NCBI GenBank assembly: GCA_964564295.1
Contig: CAZMBS010000001.1
Span: 12,182-57,379, forward strand
Source: an uncultured Streptomycetaceae bacterium
GTDB lineage: Bacteria > Pseudomonadota > Gammaproteobacteria > Burkholderiales > SG8-41
Direction: 5' to 3'
DNA length: 45,198 nt
Made by a program: the position numbers and the translations under genes. Shown one piece after another: positions 1 through 9,239 of this stretch (position 1 is the first letter of the stretch; each line of letters opens with the position of its first letter). The notes under the pieces are model-generated. The model saw only the letters and a program-made list of their open reading frames with translations, was not told the DNA's origin and did not search any database.

Positions 1-968
1 TTCGCGTACAGGCGCAGGAAGCGTTCCTGGTCGGGACCGGGCGCATGAAATACCAGGTGCCGGAATCCCAGGTCCACATACGGACGGATCTTCTCGACGT
101 GTTCGTCAGGGTCGGTCGACACGATCCATCGCGTCGCGGTGCGCTCGAGCGGCAACGCGTCCGCGAGTTTCTCCATGGCCATCGGGTCTTCCACCGATAC
201 TTTTTCTTCCGGAGACAGGGCGAGCGCACCCCAATACCGGGTATCGTTCAGCGCGCGCCCGGCGTCGGTATCGAACGACACCTTCATCTCGATCATGCGA
301 TCGAAACCGGGTTTCCCGCTTCCGGAAATCCGGATGCCCTCGTCGACGTTGGGCAACAGCTTTTCCGTGTACAGCGTCATGGCCTTGCCGCTGGTGCAGA
401 TGAATCCGTCGCCGGCGCGCCCGGCGTACTTGGCAACCATGGGCCCGGCGGCCGCCACATAGATCGGAACCGGCCGCTCGGGACGATCGTAGATCGTGGC
501 ACGCTCGGTCCGGTAATACTCGCCCGCGAACGACACGCGGTCCTCGGCCCACAGTTTTCGTATCAGCGTGACCGACTCGCGCAACCGCGCAAACCGTTCC
601 TTCATTTCCGGCCAGGGCTGTCCCGTCGCCGGTACCTCGTTTAGCGACTCCCCGCTGCCCACGCCGAGCACGAAGCGGCCGGGAAACATCGCGCCCAGCG
701 TTCCGAACGCCTGCGCGACGATCGAGGGGTGATAGCGCATCGTGGGCGTCAGCACGCTCGTGCCGAGCATGACGCGCGAGGTCCGTGCCGCCGCCGCGCC
801 CAGCCAGGCGATGCACGACGGCGCATGCCCGCCGGTATGCCGCCACGGCTGAAAATGATCGCTCGTGAAAACAGAATCGAAGCCGCACTCTTCGGCGATG
901 CACGCGTAGCGCAACAACTCCGCCGGTCCGAACTGTTCGGCGGACGCCTTGTATCCCAGTTTGATCAT
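1..968 (-). CDS. fgd: F420-dependent glucose-6-phosphate (sugar-6-phosphate) dehydrogenase, LLM family; 3' end truncated by window edge
   Basis: Not in the ORF track because it has no stop in the window. Manual translation from ATG 968 gives [15 protein letters not shown]...[15 protein letters not shown]...[13 protein letters not shown]...GSGESLNE...[14 protein letters not shown]...[17 protein letters not shown]...[15 protein letters not shown], collinear with mycobacterial Fgd as I recall it. Confidence 0.93.
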   Translation of the reverse strand, partial: MIKLGYKASAEQFGPAELLRYACIAEECGFDSVFTSDHFQPWRHTGGHAPSCIAWLGAAAARTSRVMLGTSVLTPTMRYHPSIVAQAFGTLGAMFPGRFVLGVGSGESLNEVPATGQPWPEMKERFARLRESVTLIRKLWAEDRVSFAGEYYRTERATIYDRPERPVPIYVAAAGPMVAKYAGRAGDGFICTSGKAMTLYTEKLLPNVDEGIRISGSGKPGFDRMIEMKVSFDTDAGRALNDTRYWGALALSPEEKVSVEDPMAMEKLADALPLERTATRWIVSTDPDEHVEKIRPYVDLGFRHLVFHAPGPDQERFLRLYA

Positions 969-987
969 GCGGCGTATCCGGGGCGCA

Positions 988-1386
988 TCAGACCTGGCCG
1001 AGTTCCCGCGCGCGATCCTCCGCGGCCTTCAAGGCGCGCTGCCCCGACACGATGTACGTCATCATGCCGCCCAGCAATATGCAGAGGCTCACGACGTCCG
1101 CCACCTGCTGCACGGTGGCGCCCGCCTCGATCGCGAGCTTCGCGTGGCGGTCGGGATTCGGCTTGTGCGCGATGATTTCAACGGCCGTGGAGATGAGCTC
1201 GAGGTCTTTCAGACTCAGGCCTTTCGAGTCGTTCGACTCAAAGATCGTCCGGCGCAGCTGTATCCAGTCGACGAGCACTTCCGGACGGTAGCGGGCCAGG
1301 CGTTCGTAGGATTCAAGCACCTCGCCGTAATACGTCATGCTGTACTGCCGCACTGCGGCGAGGTCCGCGGCGTTGTCGCGTTCCAT
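988..1386 (-). CDS. Carboxymuconolactone decarboxylase (CMD/AhpD-like) family protein
   Basis: 132 aa with [13 protein letters not shown]...[16 protein letters not shown], a CMD-fold pattern. TAATG stop/start overlap with the upstream LLM gene. Confidence 0.75.
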   Translation of the reverse strand: MERDNAADLAAVRQYSMTYYGEVLESYERLARYRPEVLVDWIQLRRTIFESNDSKGLSLKDLELISTAVEIIAHKPNPDRHAKLAIEAGATVQQVADVVSLCILLGGMMTYIVSGQRALKAAEDRARELGQV

Positions 1387-2393
1387 TATTCAGTTCTCCC
1401 GGATTGGTTGGTGAATGCCGGCACGACTTCCGCCGCGATGAGGCGCATCATCGCCAGCTGATCTTCAAGACTTTTCGCGATGAATTTGAGCTCGAAGTGC
1501 GTCACGCCGATGTCCACGTAACGCTTCATTTGCCGTACGACCATCGCAGGTGTGCCGATGAAATTGCAGTCGAGCCCCTTCTGCATGTCCTTGTACCAGT
1601 ACATGAGCGTCGATTCGGCATCCCGGGTCGCCTCGCCGGCATCGCCGCGTATCAGCACGAATAGCTCGAGGCCGCAGACGACGTCGCGGCGGGACCGGCC
1701 GACGAGCGCCAGTTGCTGGTCGAGCTGGGGCAGCTTTTCCCGGTATACGTCCAGCGTGAAACCCGCTGGGAGGAACCCTTCGCCGTAAACCGCGACTCTG
1801 CGCATGGCGGCCTCGACCTTGCCGCAGATCCAGATCGGCAGCGCGCGCGGCTTGGGATAAAACTCGCCGTTTTGAAACCGTATCGTGCGGCCCTCGTGGG
1901 TCGTAAGGGGCGTCGCGTCGAATATGCGCCGAATGACCTCGAGGTACTCGTCGGTGCGTTTGCCGCGCTCGTTGAACGGCACCTGCATGACATCGAACTC
2001 ATCTGCCGACGCGCCGATGGTCACGCCCAGCATGAAGCGCCCGCCGGAGAGTTCGTGCAGCGTTGCCGCCTGCTTGGCGAGCAGACGCGGATCGCGGGTC
2101 GGCAACGTGATGCCGGTCGGAAACAAGCGAATGCGCCGGGTCAACGCAGCGGCATAGGTGAGCACCGTCATCGCCTCGTACAGCACGGGATCCTGATCGT
2201 CCCGGACCATGTCCACGCTGCCTGCGGAGAAATGCCGGTTCTGTTTGCGGCTGCGCGGGATATGGTCGTGGACGGTCAGGGCCTCGAAACCCAGCTGGTC
2301 CGCGAGAACTGCGACAGCCTCCACCGCAGGGCGCGTGGTATAGGGCCCGGAGTTGGGCAGACGGATGCTGAATGTGACGGGGTGGGTCGACAT
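1386..2393 (-). CDS. LLM-class (luciferase-like) oxidoreductase, probably F420-dependent
   Basis: AxLADQLGF..LTVHDH, AAALTRRIRL, RDPRLLAKQAATLHELSGGRFMLGV, RGKRTDEYLE, PKP..LPIWI motifs. Same operon as fgd. Confidence 0.85.
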   Translation of the reverse strand: MSTHPVTFSIRLPNSGPYTTRPAVEAVAVLADQLGFEALTVHDHIPRSRKQNRHFSAGSVDMVRDDQDPVLYEAMTVLTYAAALTRRIRLFPTGITLPTRDPRLLAKQAATLHELSGGRFMLGVTIGASADEFDVMQVPFNERGKRTDEYLEVIRRIFDATPLTTHEGRTIRFQNGEFYPKPRALPIWICGKVEAAMRRVAVYGEGFLPAGFTLDVYREKLPQLDQQLALVGRSRRDVVCGLELFVLIRGDAGEATRDAESTLMYWYKDMQKGLDCNFIGTPAMVVRQMKRYVDIGVTHFELKFIAKSLEDQLAMMRLIAAEVVPAFTNQSGRTE

Positions 2394-2449
2394 GTCGGCG
2401 CGGTTACGGTCGGTTCTTGGGAAAGGAATCGATACGGCGCAGGGCGGTG

Positions 2450-3439
2450 TCAGTCATCGGCCCGCGCTCCTGAAGCCTTGACCACTTCAGCCCAGCGCAC
2501 AGTTTCCTCGCGCACGAACGCGCCGAACTCCGACCTGCTGCTGCCGACGGGCGTCACACCGATGTCCAGCATGCGCGTCGCAACATCCGGCTGGCGCATG
2601 ATGCCCCGGATTTCACCGGACAGCCTGTCGAGGATGATCGCCGGCGTTCCGGCTGGAGCGAAGAATCCCTGCCACGACGTCACCTGGAAGCCGGGAACCG
2701 TTTCGCCCACCGTCGGCAACTCCGGCACGATGGGAGAGCGCTGCGCGCCGGTGACTGCGATCGCGCGCAGCTTTCCGATCTTTGCCTGCGCGTGCGCGGT
2801 TGGCATGTTGTCGAATGCTACGTGCACGTGTCCGCCCACGAGGTCAATGATCATCGGACCGCTGCCCTTGTACGGTACGTGCAGCATCGATGCTCCGGTT
2901 TTCATTTTAAGCAGCTCCGCCGCAAGGTGGCTCGAGGTGCCCGCGCCGCCCGCCGAGCCGTACGAGTACTTGCCCGGGTGGGTCTTGAGCATTTGAACCA
3001 ATTCCGGAACCGTCGCTGCCGTCACGCTGGGGTGGGCCACCAGCATCAGCGGCTGCGAGGTCGCGAGCGACAGTGGCGCAAAATCCTTCAGATTGTCGTA
3101 GCGCAACTTCCGATAAAGGGACGCGTTGATCGCATGGGTACCGACGGTCCCGACCATCAACGTATATCCGTCCGCCTGCGCCCTTGCGACGTATTCCGAA
3201 CCTACCGCACCGGCCGCCCCCGTCCGATGTTCGACGACGACCGGCTGGCCCAGTCGTTCGCTCAATTTCTGTCCGACGACACGTCCGACAAGATCGGCGA
3301 TTCCGCCCGGCGCATGCACGACGACGATGCGCAGCGGCTTTCTCGGGAACGGTTCCTCGCGCTGCGCGAGCGCCACGCCGCTACCGCCGGCGGCAACCAG
3401 CGCAATCAGCAGCCGCAAAAAACAGTTGTGATGGTGCAT
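2450..3439 (-). CDS. Bug/TctC family tripartite tricarboxylate transporter substrate-binding protein
   Basis: Signal peptide, FPRKPLRIVV..APGG..D, GAAGAVG, DGYTL, HVPYKGSGP. Start reassigned to ATG 3439 (GGAGG SD upstream); the ORF-track extension overlaps the LysR gene. Confidence 0.9.
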   Translation of the reverse strand: MHHHNCFLRLLIALVAAGGSGVALAQREEPFPRKPLRIVVVHAPGGIADLVGRVVGQKLSERLGQPVVVEHRTGAAGAVGSEYVARAQADGYTLMVGTVGTHAINASLYRKLRYDNLKDFAPLSLATSQPLMLVAHPSVTAATVPELVQMLKTHPGKYSYGSAGGAGTSSHLAAELLKMKTGASMLHVPYKGSGPMIIDLVGGHVHVAFDNMPTAHAQAKIGKLRAIAVTGAQRSPIVPELPTVGETVPGFQVTSWQGFFAPAGTPAIILDRLSGEIRGIMRQPDVATRMLDIGVTPVGSSRSEFGAFVREETVRWAEVVKASGARADD

Positions 3440-3571
3440 CACCCGACCTCCCGGCAACCGTGCGACGACGGGCGGCCGCCCGGCGCGGCTGCCGTGGTGG
3501 GTCGCAGACGTCTGCCCCGCCAAGCTATACGTCCAGTATAATAATCCATCTCGATTGATACATGGCAAGTA
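3440..3571. promoter_or_regulatory. Divergent promoter region between the tctC-LLM-CMD-fgd operon and the LysR gene
   Basis: AT-rich stretch with TATAAT at 3537-3542 and a perfect palindrome GCAGACGTCTGC at 3504-3515. Classic divergent LysR layout. Confidence 0.5.
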
Positions 3572-4510
3572 TTGTTCGTGGACTTGCGACAACTGACCCA
3601 GTTCGCTGCCGTGGCCGAGGCCAGAAGCTTCCGGCGCGCGGCTGAACGCCTGCAGATGACGCAACCGCCGTTGAGCTTCGCCGTGCGAAGGCTCGAAGAG
3701 GAGCTGAACGTCCGGTTATTCGATCGCACGAGCCGTTCCGTACAGTTGACCGAGGCCGGAAAGGCGCTGCTCGAAGGGTCGAGGACCGTCATGGCCGCGC
3801 TCGATGCCGCGATCCAGTCGACCCGGCGCACCGCGCAGGGGTTCGCCGGCAAACTTTCCGTGGCGCTGTCGGTGCCCTGGGCCTACGACGTCGCGCCAGC
3901 GGTGCTGCGAAATTTTCGCGCGACCCACCCGGGAGTCGTGATCGGGCTGCATGAAGTGCCGTCGTCCGAGCAGGCGAGGCGCATACTCAACGGCAGCCTG
4001 GACATCGGTTTTCTGCGACTTCCCGACCGCTACGCGACACCCGGCCTGAAGACCGTGACATTGCGCGAGGACCGCCTGACCGTGGTGTTGCCCGCGAAGC
4101 ATGCGCTCGCTGCACGCAAGACGTTGTCGCCACGGGATCTGCGCGACGCGGCATTTGTTCTGCCGCCATTCCCGGCCGTGCCGGGTATCGAGCGTTTCAG
4201 TTTCCGAATCCAGGTCGAGAATCTGTGCCTGGGGGCGGGCTACGCACCGCGAGTCGCGCAGGAAGCGAGCCAGATGCAGTCCATCGTCCGGCTGGTGGAA
4301 ACCGGGCTCGGGATTTCGATCGTGCCGGGCTGGGCGCGCACGCACTTTTCGTCGCGCGCCGTGTTCCGGAGATTGTCGTCGCCGTCGCCGGCGTGCCGTC
4401 TCCGCTTGGTGGCTGCCTGGAACGCCGACAATCCTTCCCCGGTATTGCAGGCGTTTGTCCAGGCTGTGCGCCGCGCCGAGGTGTCGTCGCGAGCGCGCCA
4501 GGTCGCATGA
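3572..4510 (+). CDS. LysR family transcriptional regulator
   Basis: N-terminal HTH DLRQLTQFAAVAEARSFRRAAERLQMTQPPLS..RRLEEEL..LFDRTSRSVQLTEAG plus substrate-binding domain. Start may be GTG 3578. Confidence 0.95.
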   Translation: MFVDLRQLTQFAAVAEARSFRRAAERLQMTQPPLSFAVRRLEEELNVRLFDRTSRSVQLTEAGKALLEGSRTVMAALDAAIQSTRRTAQGFAGKLSVALSVPWAYDVAPAVLRNFRATHPGVVIGLHEVPSSEQARRILNGSLDIGFLRLPDRYATPGLKTVTLREDRLTVVLPAKHALAARKTLSPRDLRDAAFVLPPFPAVPGIERFSFRIQVENLCLGAGYAPRVAQEASQMQSIVRLVETGLGISIVPGWARTHFSSRAVFRRLSSPSPACRLRLVAAWNADNPSPVLQAFVQAVRRAEVSSRARQVA

Positions 4511-4539
4511 ATGCAACTTCGCCGAAGGAGGGTATCGCC

Positions 4540-5598
4540 ATGCTCACATCGTGTTCGCAATTCCTCCGGTGCGGTGTTGCCCGAGTCGCCGGCAGCCCCA
4601 ACCCGGTTCGCCGAATCCGCTTGCTCAGCGCGACCGCGCTTGCGACCCTGATAGTCTCGGCTGGAGCCGCGCCGCCCGCTGCGCACGCGCAATCACCGGC
4701 ATATCCGTCCAAGACGGTGCGCGTTGTCGCGCCGTTCCCGCCCGGCGGGACCACCGATCTGGTGGGCCGGTTGATCGCGCAAGGACTGGGAAAGCGATTG
4801 GGGCAGAACTTCATCATCGACAATCGCGGCGGCGCCGGCGGCTTGATCGGAACGGACATCGTGGCGAAAGCGCAAGCCGATGGCTATACGCTGCTCGTCG
4901 GTGCATCGGGACCCATCATGATGCTCCCGGGACTCACGAAAAAACTTCCCTACGACGTGCTCGGGGACTTCGAGACGATCGCGAATATCGTGACGGTCCC
5001 CAACCTCATGGTCGTTCCGGCAGGCTCCCGGTTCGGCACGCTGAAAGATCTGATCGACCATGCGAAGTCGAATCCCGGTCGGGTACGATACGCGTCCGGC
5101 GGGGTGGGCTCCTCGGGCCATGTCGCGGGCGCCTTGCTGGGCTCGATCGCCGGCATCGACATGCAGCATGTGCCGTACCGTGGCGCGGGCGTCTCGCTCG
5201 TCGGCGTCATGGCGGGAGAGGCCGACGTGATATTCGTCAATCTGCCGTCCGCCCTGCCGCTCACGCGCAGCGGGAAACTGCGCGGGATCGTCGTCATGAG
5301 CGACAAACGGGCATCAACCGCGCCGGAATATCCCACGACGGCGGAAGTCGGCATGCCGCGATTCGTGCTCGGCAGTTCGACCGGGCTTCTCGCGCCAAAG
5401 CGCACATCGAGGAAGATCGTGGCGCTGCTCGATGAAGCGATGAAAGCATTGGCGGAGGAACCCGAGTACACCAGGCAATTCGCACTCTCTGGCGCCGACA
5501 TCGATTTCATGAACGCGGCGCGGTACCGCGCATTTATCTCCGCCGAAATCGCGCGCTTCACGGATCTGGGCAAAAAAGCAAACATCACGGCGGAATAA
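4540..5598 (+). CDS. Bug/TctC family substrate-binding protein
   Basis: YPSKTVRVVAPFPPGGTTD, NRGGAGG, DGYTL, HVPYRGAG. AAGGAGG SD before ATG 4540. Confidence 0.9.
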   Translation: MLTSCSQFLRCGVARVAGSPNPVRRIRLLSATALATLIVSAGAAPPAAHAQSPAYPSKTVRVVAPFPPGGTTDLVGRLIAQGLGKRLGQNFIIDNRGGAGGLIGTDIVAKAQADGYTLLVGASGPIMMLPGLTKKLPYDVLGDFETIANIVTVPNLMVVPAGSRFGTLKDLIDHAKSNPGRVRYASGGVGSSGHVAGALLGSIAGIDMQHVPYRGAGVSLVGVMAGEADVIFVNLPSALPLTRSGKLRGIVVMSDKRASTAPEYPTTAEVGMPRFVLGSSTGLLAPKRTSRKIVALLDEAMKALAEEPEYTRQFALSGADIDFMNAARYRAFISAEIARFTDLGKKANITAE

Positions 5599-5636
5599 GC
5601 GATCGCAATTCGGGAAACGGGAAAAGGAACAGCCTC

Positions 5637-7019
5637 ATGGCGAAAATCGACATGTTGTTTACCGGTGGAGAAATACTGACCCCTGCGGGCAGAATCCACG
5701 CAACGCTGGGGGTGGAGAATGGAAGAATCGCGTTCATTTCCTCCGCTCACTGGACACCACCGGCCGCCGAAACGGTCGACGTTTCCGGGAAGTTGCTGGT
5801 TCCCGGATTCATCGACTCGCACGTTCATTTTCGGGATCCGGGACTCACCTATAAGGAAGATTTTCTGACCGGCTCGCGCGCGGCGGCAGCTGGCGGTGTC
5901 ACGTGCGTGGCGGACATGCCGAACAACAAGCCGGCGCTGACGACAGCCGCGCGGTTTCGTGACAAGCTCGACGCCATACGGTCGAAAGCCGTTGTCGACT
6001 ATGCGCTTTACGGCGGATCGACGAACCACGCGGAAATTCCCGGCATGCTGCGGGCGGGCGCCATCGGCATCAAGGTGTTCATGGTCTGCGACCCCAAGTC
6101 GCACTATCCGCACGACCCCGAGCTTTTCACGGGCGATCATGGCGTGCTGTACGACACGCTGAAAGTCGTGGGCGCCGAAGGCGGCTACTGCGCGGTTCAC
6201 CCCACGAATCAGCAGATATTCGAACACGAATCCCGCAAGCGCTGGGCCGCCGGGACGCTTGCCCCGCGCGATTTCATGAATGCGTATTTCGGGGAAAATT
6301 ACGTTTCCGATCATACGGCAATCGTCACTTTGATCGAAATGGCGCGCGCCTCGGGCACGCGCACTCACATTCTTCATCTGCGTTCGGAGCCGGGCATACG
6401 CGCGATTCAGCACGCCAAAGAGGAGGGCGTGCCGGTGACCATGGAGGTCAACCCGAAGTACATGTTCACCAGCTTCGAGGACCTCGACAGGAAAGGGCCG
6501 CTATGCGTGCCGTATGCCATGACTCCGGCCGGCCAGCAGATGCTGCTGGACTGCGCGAACCGCGGCTGGGTGGATGTGTACGGGACGGATCACGCGCCGC
6601 ACACTAAGGAAGAGATGGAGCCGGGTTGGAAAGACGCCTGGAGCATCCCGTTCGGCAATCCACAGGTGGAGCACTACATCACGGCGCTGATGACGCACGT
6701 GAGCGCCGGGCGCATGAGTCTGGAAACGCTGGTTCGCCTGTGTGCGGAGAATCCGGCCAAAGTCATGGGCGTGTGGCCGCGCAAGGGCATCATTCAGGTC
6801 GATTCGGACGCGGATATCACGGTGCTCGACCTCGATGCGCGTGGAACGCTGTCCGACAAGGACGTGTACACGAAGGTAGGTTGGTCGCCTTATTCGGGCC
6901 TCCAGTACCATGGCCGGCCGGTGATGACGGTCGTGCGGGGCCGCATCGTCATGCGGGATGGAAAAGTCATCGGCGAACCGGGTTGGGGAAGGCTGGTCCC
7001 CGGGAGGGCCGCAAAATGA
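5637..7019 (+). CDS. Cyclic amidohydrolase (dihydroorotase/allantoinase/dihydropyrimidinase superfamily)
   Basis: PGFIDSHVHFRDPG, GSRAAAAGGVT..DMPN, carboxylatable Lys (GIKVFM), HILH, GTDHAPH, ENPAK, DADI metal-centre motifs. Confidence 0.88.
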   Translation: MAKIDMLFTGGEILTPAGRIHATLGVENGRIAFISSAHWTPPAAETVDVSGKLLVPGFIDSHVHFRDPGLTYKEDFLTGSRAAAAGGVTCVADMPNNKPALTTAARFRDKLDAIRSKAVVDYALYGGSTNHAEIPGMLRAGAIGIKVFMVCDPKSHYPHDPELFTGDHGVLYDTLKVVGAEGGYCAVHPTNQQIFEHESRKRWAAGTLAPRDFMNAYFGENYVSDHTAIVTLIEMARASGTRTHILHLRSEPGIRAIQHAKEEGVPVTMEVNPKYMFTSFEDLDRKGPLCVPYAMTPAGQQMLLDCANRGWVDVYGTDHAPHTKEEMEPGWKDAWSIPFGNPQVEHYITALMTHVSAGRMSLETLVRLCAENPAKVMGVWPRKGIIQVDSDADITVLDLDARGTLSDKDVYTKVGWSPYSGLQYHGRPVMTVVRGRIVMRDGKVIGEPGWGRLVPGRAAK

Positions 7020-7393
7020 GCGCGGACGTGGAGGTGCCGGGCTGTTCGCCCGAGGTGGTATCCGATGCAACGCGCATATTGTCCGAGGCGCGGGCTCAAT
7101 GCGCTGCCCTGGGCGTTCCGCCGGAGGCGTTCGCGGCGTTGCTGTTGCCGGAGGCCCTTCTCGCCATGATGGTGGCTGGCATGCGGCAGGAAGAGGTCGA
7201 GGATGAATTTGCGCGCTTCGCGCGGGAGAACATTCCGGCGTGGTTTCTGCAGGTGAAACGCACCGCCGGCTATTGCGACTGCGAGCGCGAAGCGCGGGGT
7301 GAACATGCGGCGTACTGCGACGTTCGGCGGGCGCCCGGATTGCCGCGGCCGCTGTTCGACAGGATCCGGCAACAAATCGGCGCCGAAAAATGA
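7016..7393 (+). CDS. Hypothetical protein (125 aa) with a C-terminal CxC...H...C cluster
   Basis: ATGA overlap with the amidohydrolase stop; fills the gap up to the convergent pgl. Confidence 0.6.
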   Translation: MSADVEVPGCSPEVVSDATRILSEARAQCAALGVPPEAFAALLLPEALLAMMVAGMRQEEVEDEFARFARENIPAWFLQVKRTAGYCDCEREARGEHAAYCDVRRAPGLPRPLFDRIRQQIGAEK

Positions 7394-7424
7394 CGGGAGG
7401 AGCGCCGACTGCCGGTTTCAGTTA

Positions 7425-8150
7425 TCAAACGCCGGCAAGCGCTGCCTCGTCCACGAATACTTGCACCGGGCAGCGAATCCGGCTTGCAGGAATGGACGGG
7501 TCGCGCTGCAACAGGCGTTTCACCGCAGCCGCCTTGTCGGCGCCGGTAATTACGAACATGACCTGACGGGCGCGATTGAGCGCGGGAAAGGTGAGGGTCA
7601 TGCGCCGCGTTCCCTGGTACAGGCCGGTGACGGCGACGTCCGATCCGGTCATATCCAGGACCGGATCACCGGGAACCAAAGAAGCTGTGTGTCCGTCGGC
7701 CCCCAACCCCAATTGAACCAGATCCAGCACCGGGGGAGATCCCGCGATTTCCGCGAGCGTTGTCGCGTACAGTGCCGCCGCCGCGACGGGATCGGCAGCC
7801 GTCACCGGCATGGCGTGCACGTTGTCGGGCGGGACGGGCGCGCGATCCAGAAAACTCTGCTGAAGTTGCGTCAGATTTCGATCCGGATGCCGGTCGGGTG
7901 CCAGGCGCTCGTCCACCTGGACCACATGTACGGCATTCCACGGCAAGTCTTCTGCCGCGAGCACGCGCAGCATGATCCAGGGCGTGCGGCCGCCACTGAC
8001 ACCCAGCACGAAACGGCCACGATTCCGTGCGGCTGTTCTTGCCGCCTCGGCGATGCGCCTCGCCGCCGCACGCGCAACTGTTTCAGCGTCGGGATGGACC
8101 TGCGTATCCCACACCGGATTACCGATGCGCATTTCGGGCGCATCAGCCAT
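7425..8150 (-). CDS. pgl: 6-phosphogluconolactonase
   Basis: [38 protein letters not shown] motifs. Start reassigned to ATG 8150, overlapping the gnd stop. Confidence 0.9.
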   Translation of the reverse strand: MADAPEMRIGNPVWDTQVHPDAETVARAAARRIAEAARTAARNRGRFVLGVSGGRTPWIMLRVLAAEDLPWNAVHVVQVDERLAPDRHPDRNLTQLQQSFLDRAPVPPDNVHAMPVTAADPVAAAALYATTLAEIAGSPPVLDLVQLGLGADGHTASLVPGDPVLDMTGSDVAVTGLYQGTRRMTLTFPALNRARQVMFVITGADKAAAVKRLLQRDPSIPASRIRCPVQVFVDEAALAGV

Positions 8151-9162
8151 CCGAGCGTTTCTCCAGATGCCCGCCGAAAGCATGCCGCATCGCCGACAAG
8201 ACCTTGTTCTGAAACTCCGCGTTTCCACGTGAGCTGAACCGCCCGAACAGTGCAGCAGCGAGGACCGGCGTCGGCACGCCCTCGTCGATGCCCGCCTTGA
8301 TCGTCCAGCGCCCTTCGCCCGAGTCCGAGACGCGCCCGGCAAATCCGGTCAGCCCCGGGTCCTTGTGCAGCGCGGCAGCAGTGAGATCCAGCAGCCAGGA
8401 ACTGATCACGCTGCCGCGACGCCACACTTCGGCGATGTCCGCGACGTTGAAATCGTACTGATAGTGCTCCGGATGAGACAGCGGCGTGGTTTCCGCATCG
8501 GCCGCGTGCGAGATCAAGCCCGCATTTGCCGCCTGCAGTATGCCGAATCCTTCCGCATACGCGGCCATGACGCCGTACTCGATCCCATTGTGAATCATCT
8601 TGACAAAATGTCCGGCGCCATTTGGGCCGCAGTGCAGGTAACCCGCCTCCACGGCGCCGCCGGTGCCGGCGCGTCCCGGCGTGCGCGGGATTTCGCCCCG
8701 ACCCGGAGAAAGCGTCGCGAATATGGCATCGAGGTGACGAACCGTCGCTGCATCGCCACCAATCATCATGCAATAACCGCGTTCGAGGCCCCAGACACCG
8801 CCGCTGGTGCCGACATCAACGTAGCGTATGCCCTTGGCGGCGAGCGCTTTCGCGCGCCGCAAGTCGTCGACGTAGTGCGAGTTGCCGCCGTCGATCAGGA
8901 TGTCCCCCGTGCCCAGGTGCGGCACCAGCGCATCGATTGTTTCGTCCACCACACCGGCCGGAACCATGAGCCAGATCGCGCGGGGCGATTCGAGCCGCCT
9001 GGCCAGCTCCTGCATGCTTGCCGCGCCGGTCACGTTGTCGAGCTTCAATCCCGCGACCGCGTCGGCCGATCGGTCGAACGCCACGCAGCGATGCCCTCCC
9101 GCCGCGAGCCGGCGCACCATGTTGGCGCCCATGCGCCCCAGTCCTATCATTCCGAGTTGCAT
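8143..9162 (-). CDS. gnd: Decarboxylating 6-phosphogluconate dehydrogenase, short (YqeC/GntZ) type
   Basis: [58 protein letters not shown]. Confidence 0.95.
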   Translation of the reverse strand: MQLGMIGLGRMGANMVRRLAAGGHRCVAFDRSADAVAGLKLDNVTGAASMQELARRLESPRAIWLMVPAGVVDETIDALVPHLGTGDILIDGGNSHYVDDLRRAKALAAKGIRYVDVGTSGGVWGLERGYCMMIGGDAATVRHLDAIFATLSPGRGEIPRTPGRAGTGGAVEAGYLHCGPNGAGHFVKMIHNGIEYGVMAAYAEGFGILQAANAGLISHAADAETTPLSHPEHYQYDFNVADIAEVWRRGSVISSWLLDLTAAALHKDPGLTGFAGRVSDSGEGRWTIKAGIDEGVPTPVLAAALFGRFSSRGNAEFQNKVLSAMRHAFGGHLEKRSDG

Positions 9163-9239
9163 CGGTGACTCCCCGCGCGAGTTCCTCGCGTATCATGTAT
9201 CGCGATAATATATTGATTCGACGACGATAAGGAGCAAGC

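Noticed and set aside
45-903. ORFs 45..644(+), 106..903(-) and 139..462(+)
   Set aside because: They are shadow frames of fgd, with Arg/Ala/Pro-rich translations and no motifs.
1713-6413. Long alternative ORFs (1713..2996+, 4101..5435+, 4950..6413-)
   Set aside because: They overlap well-supported genes and are typical stop-poor frames of high-GC DNA.
5637-7019. Calling the amidohydrolase pyrC or allB
   Set aside because: The motifs support the superfamily only. The context is catabolic and the substrate cannot be assigned by eye.
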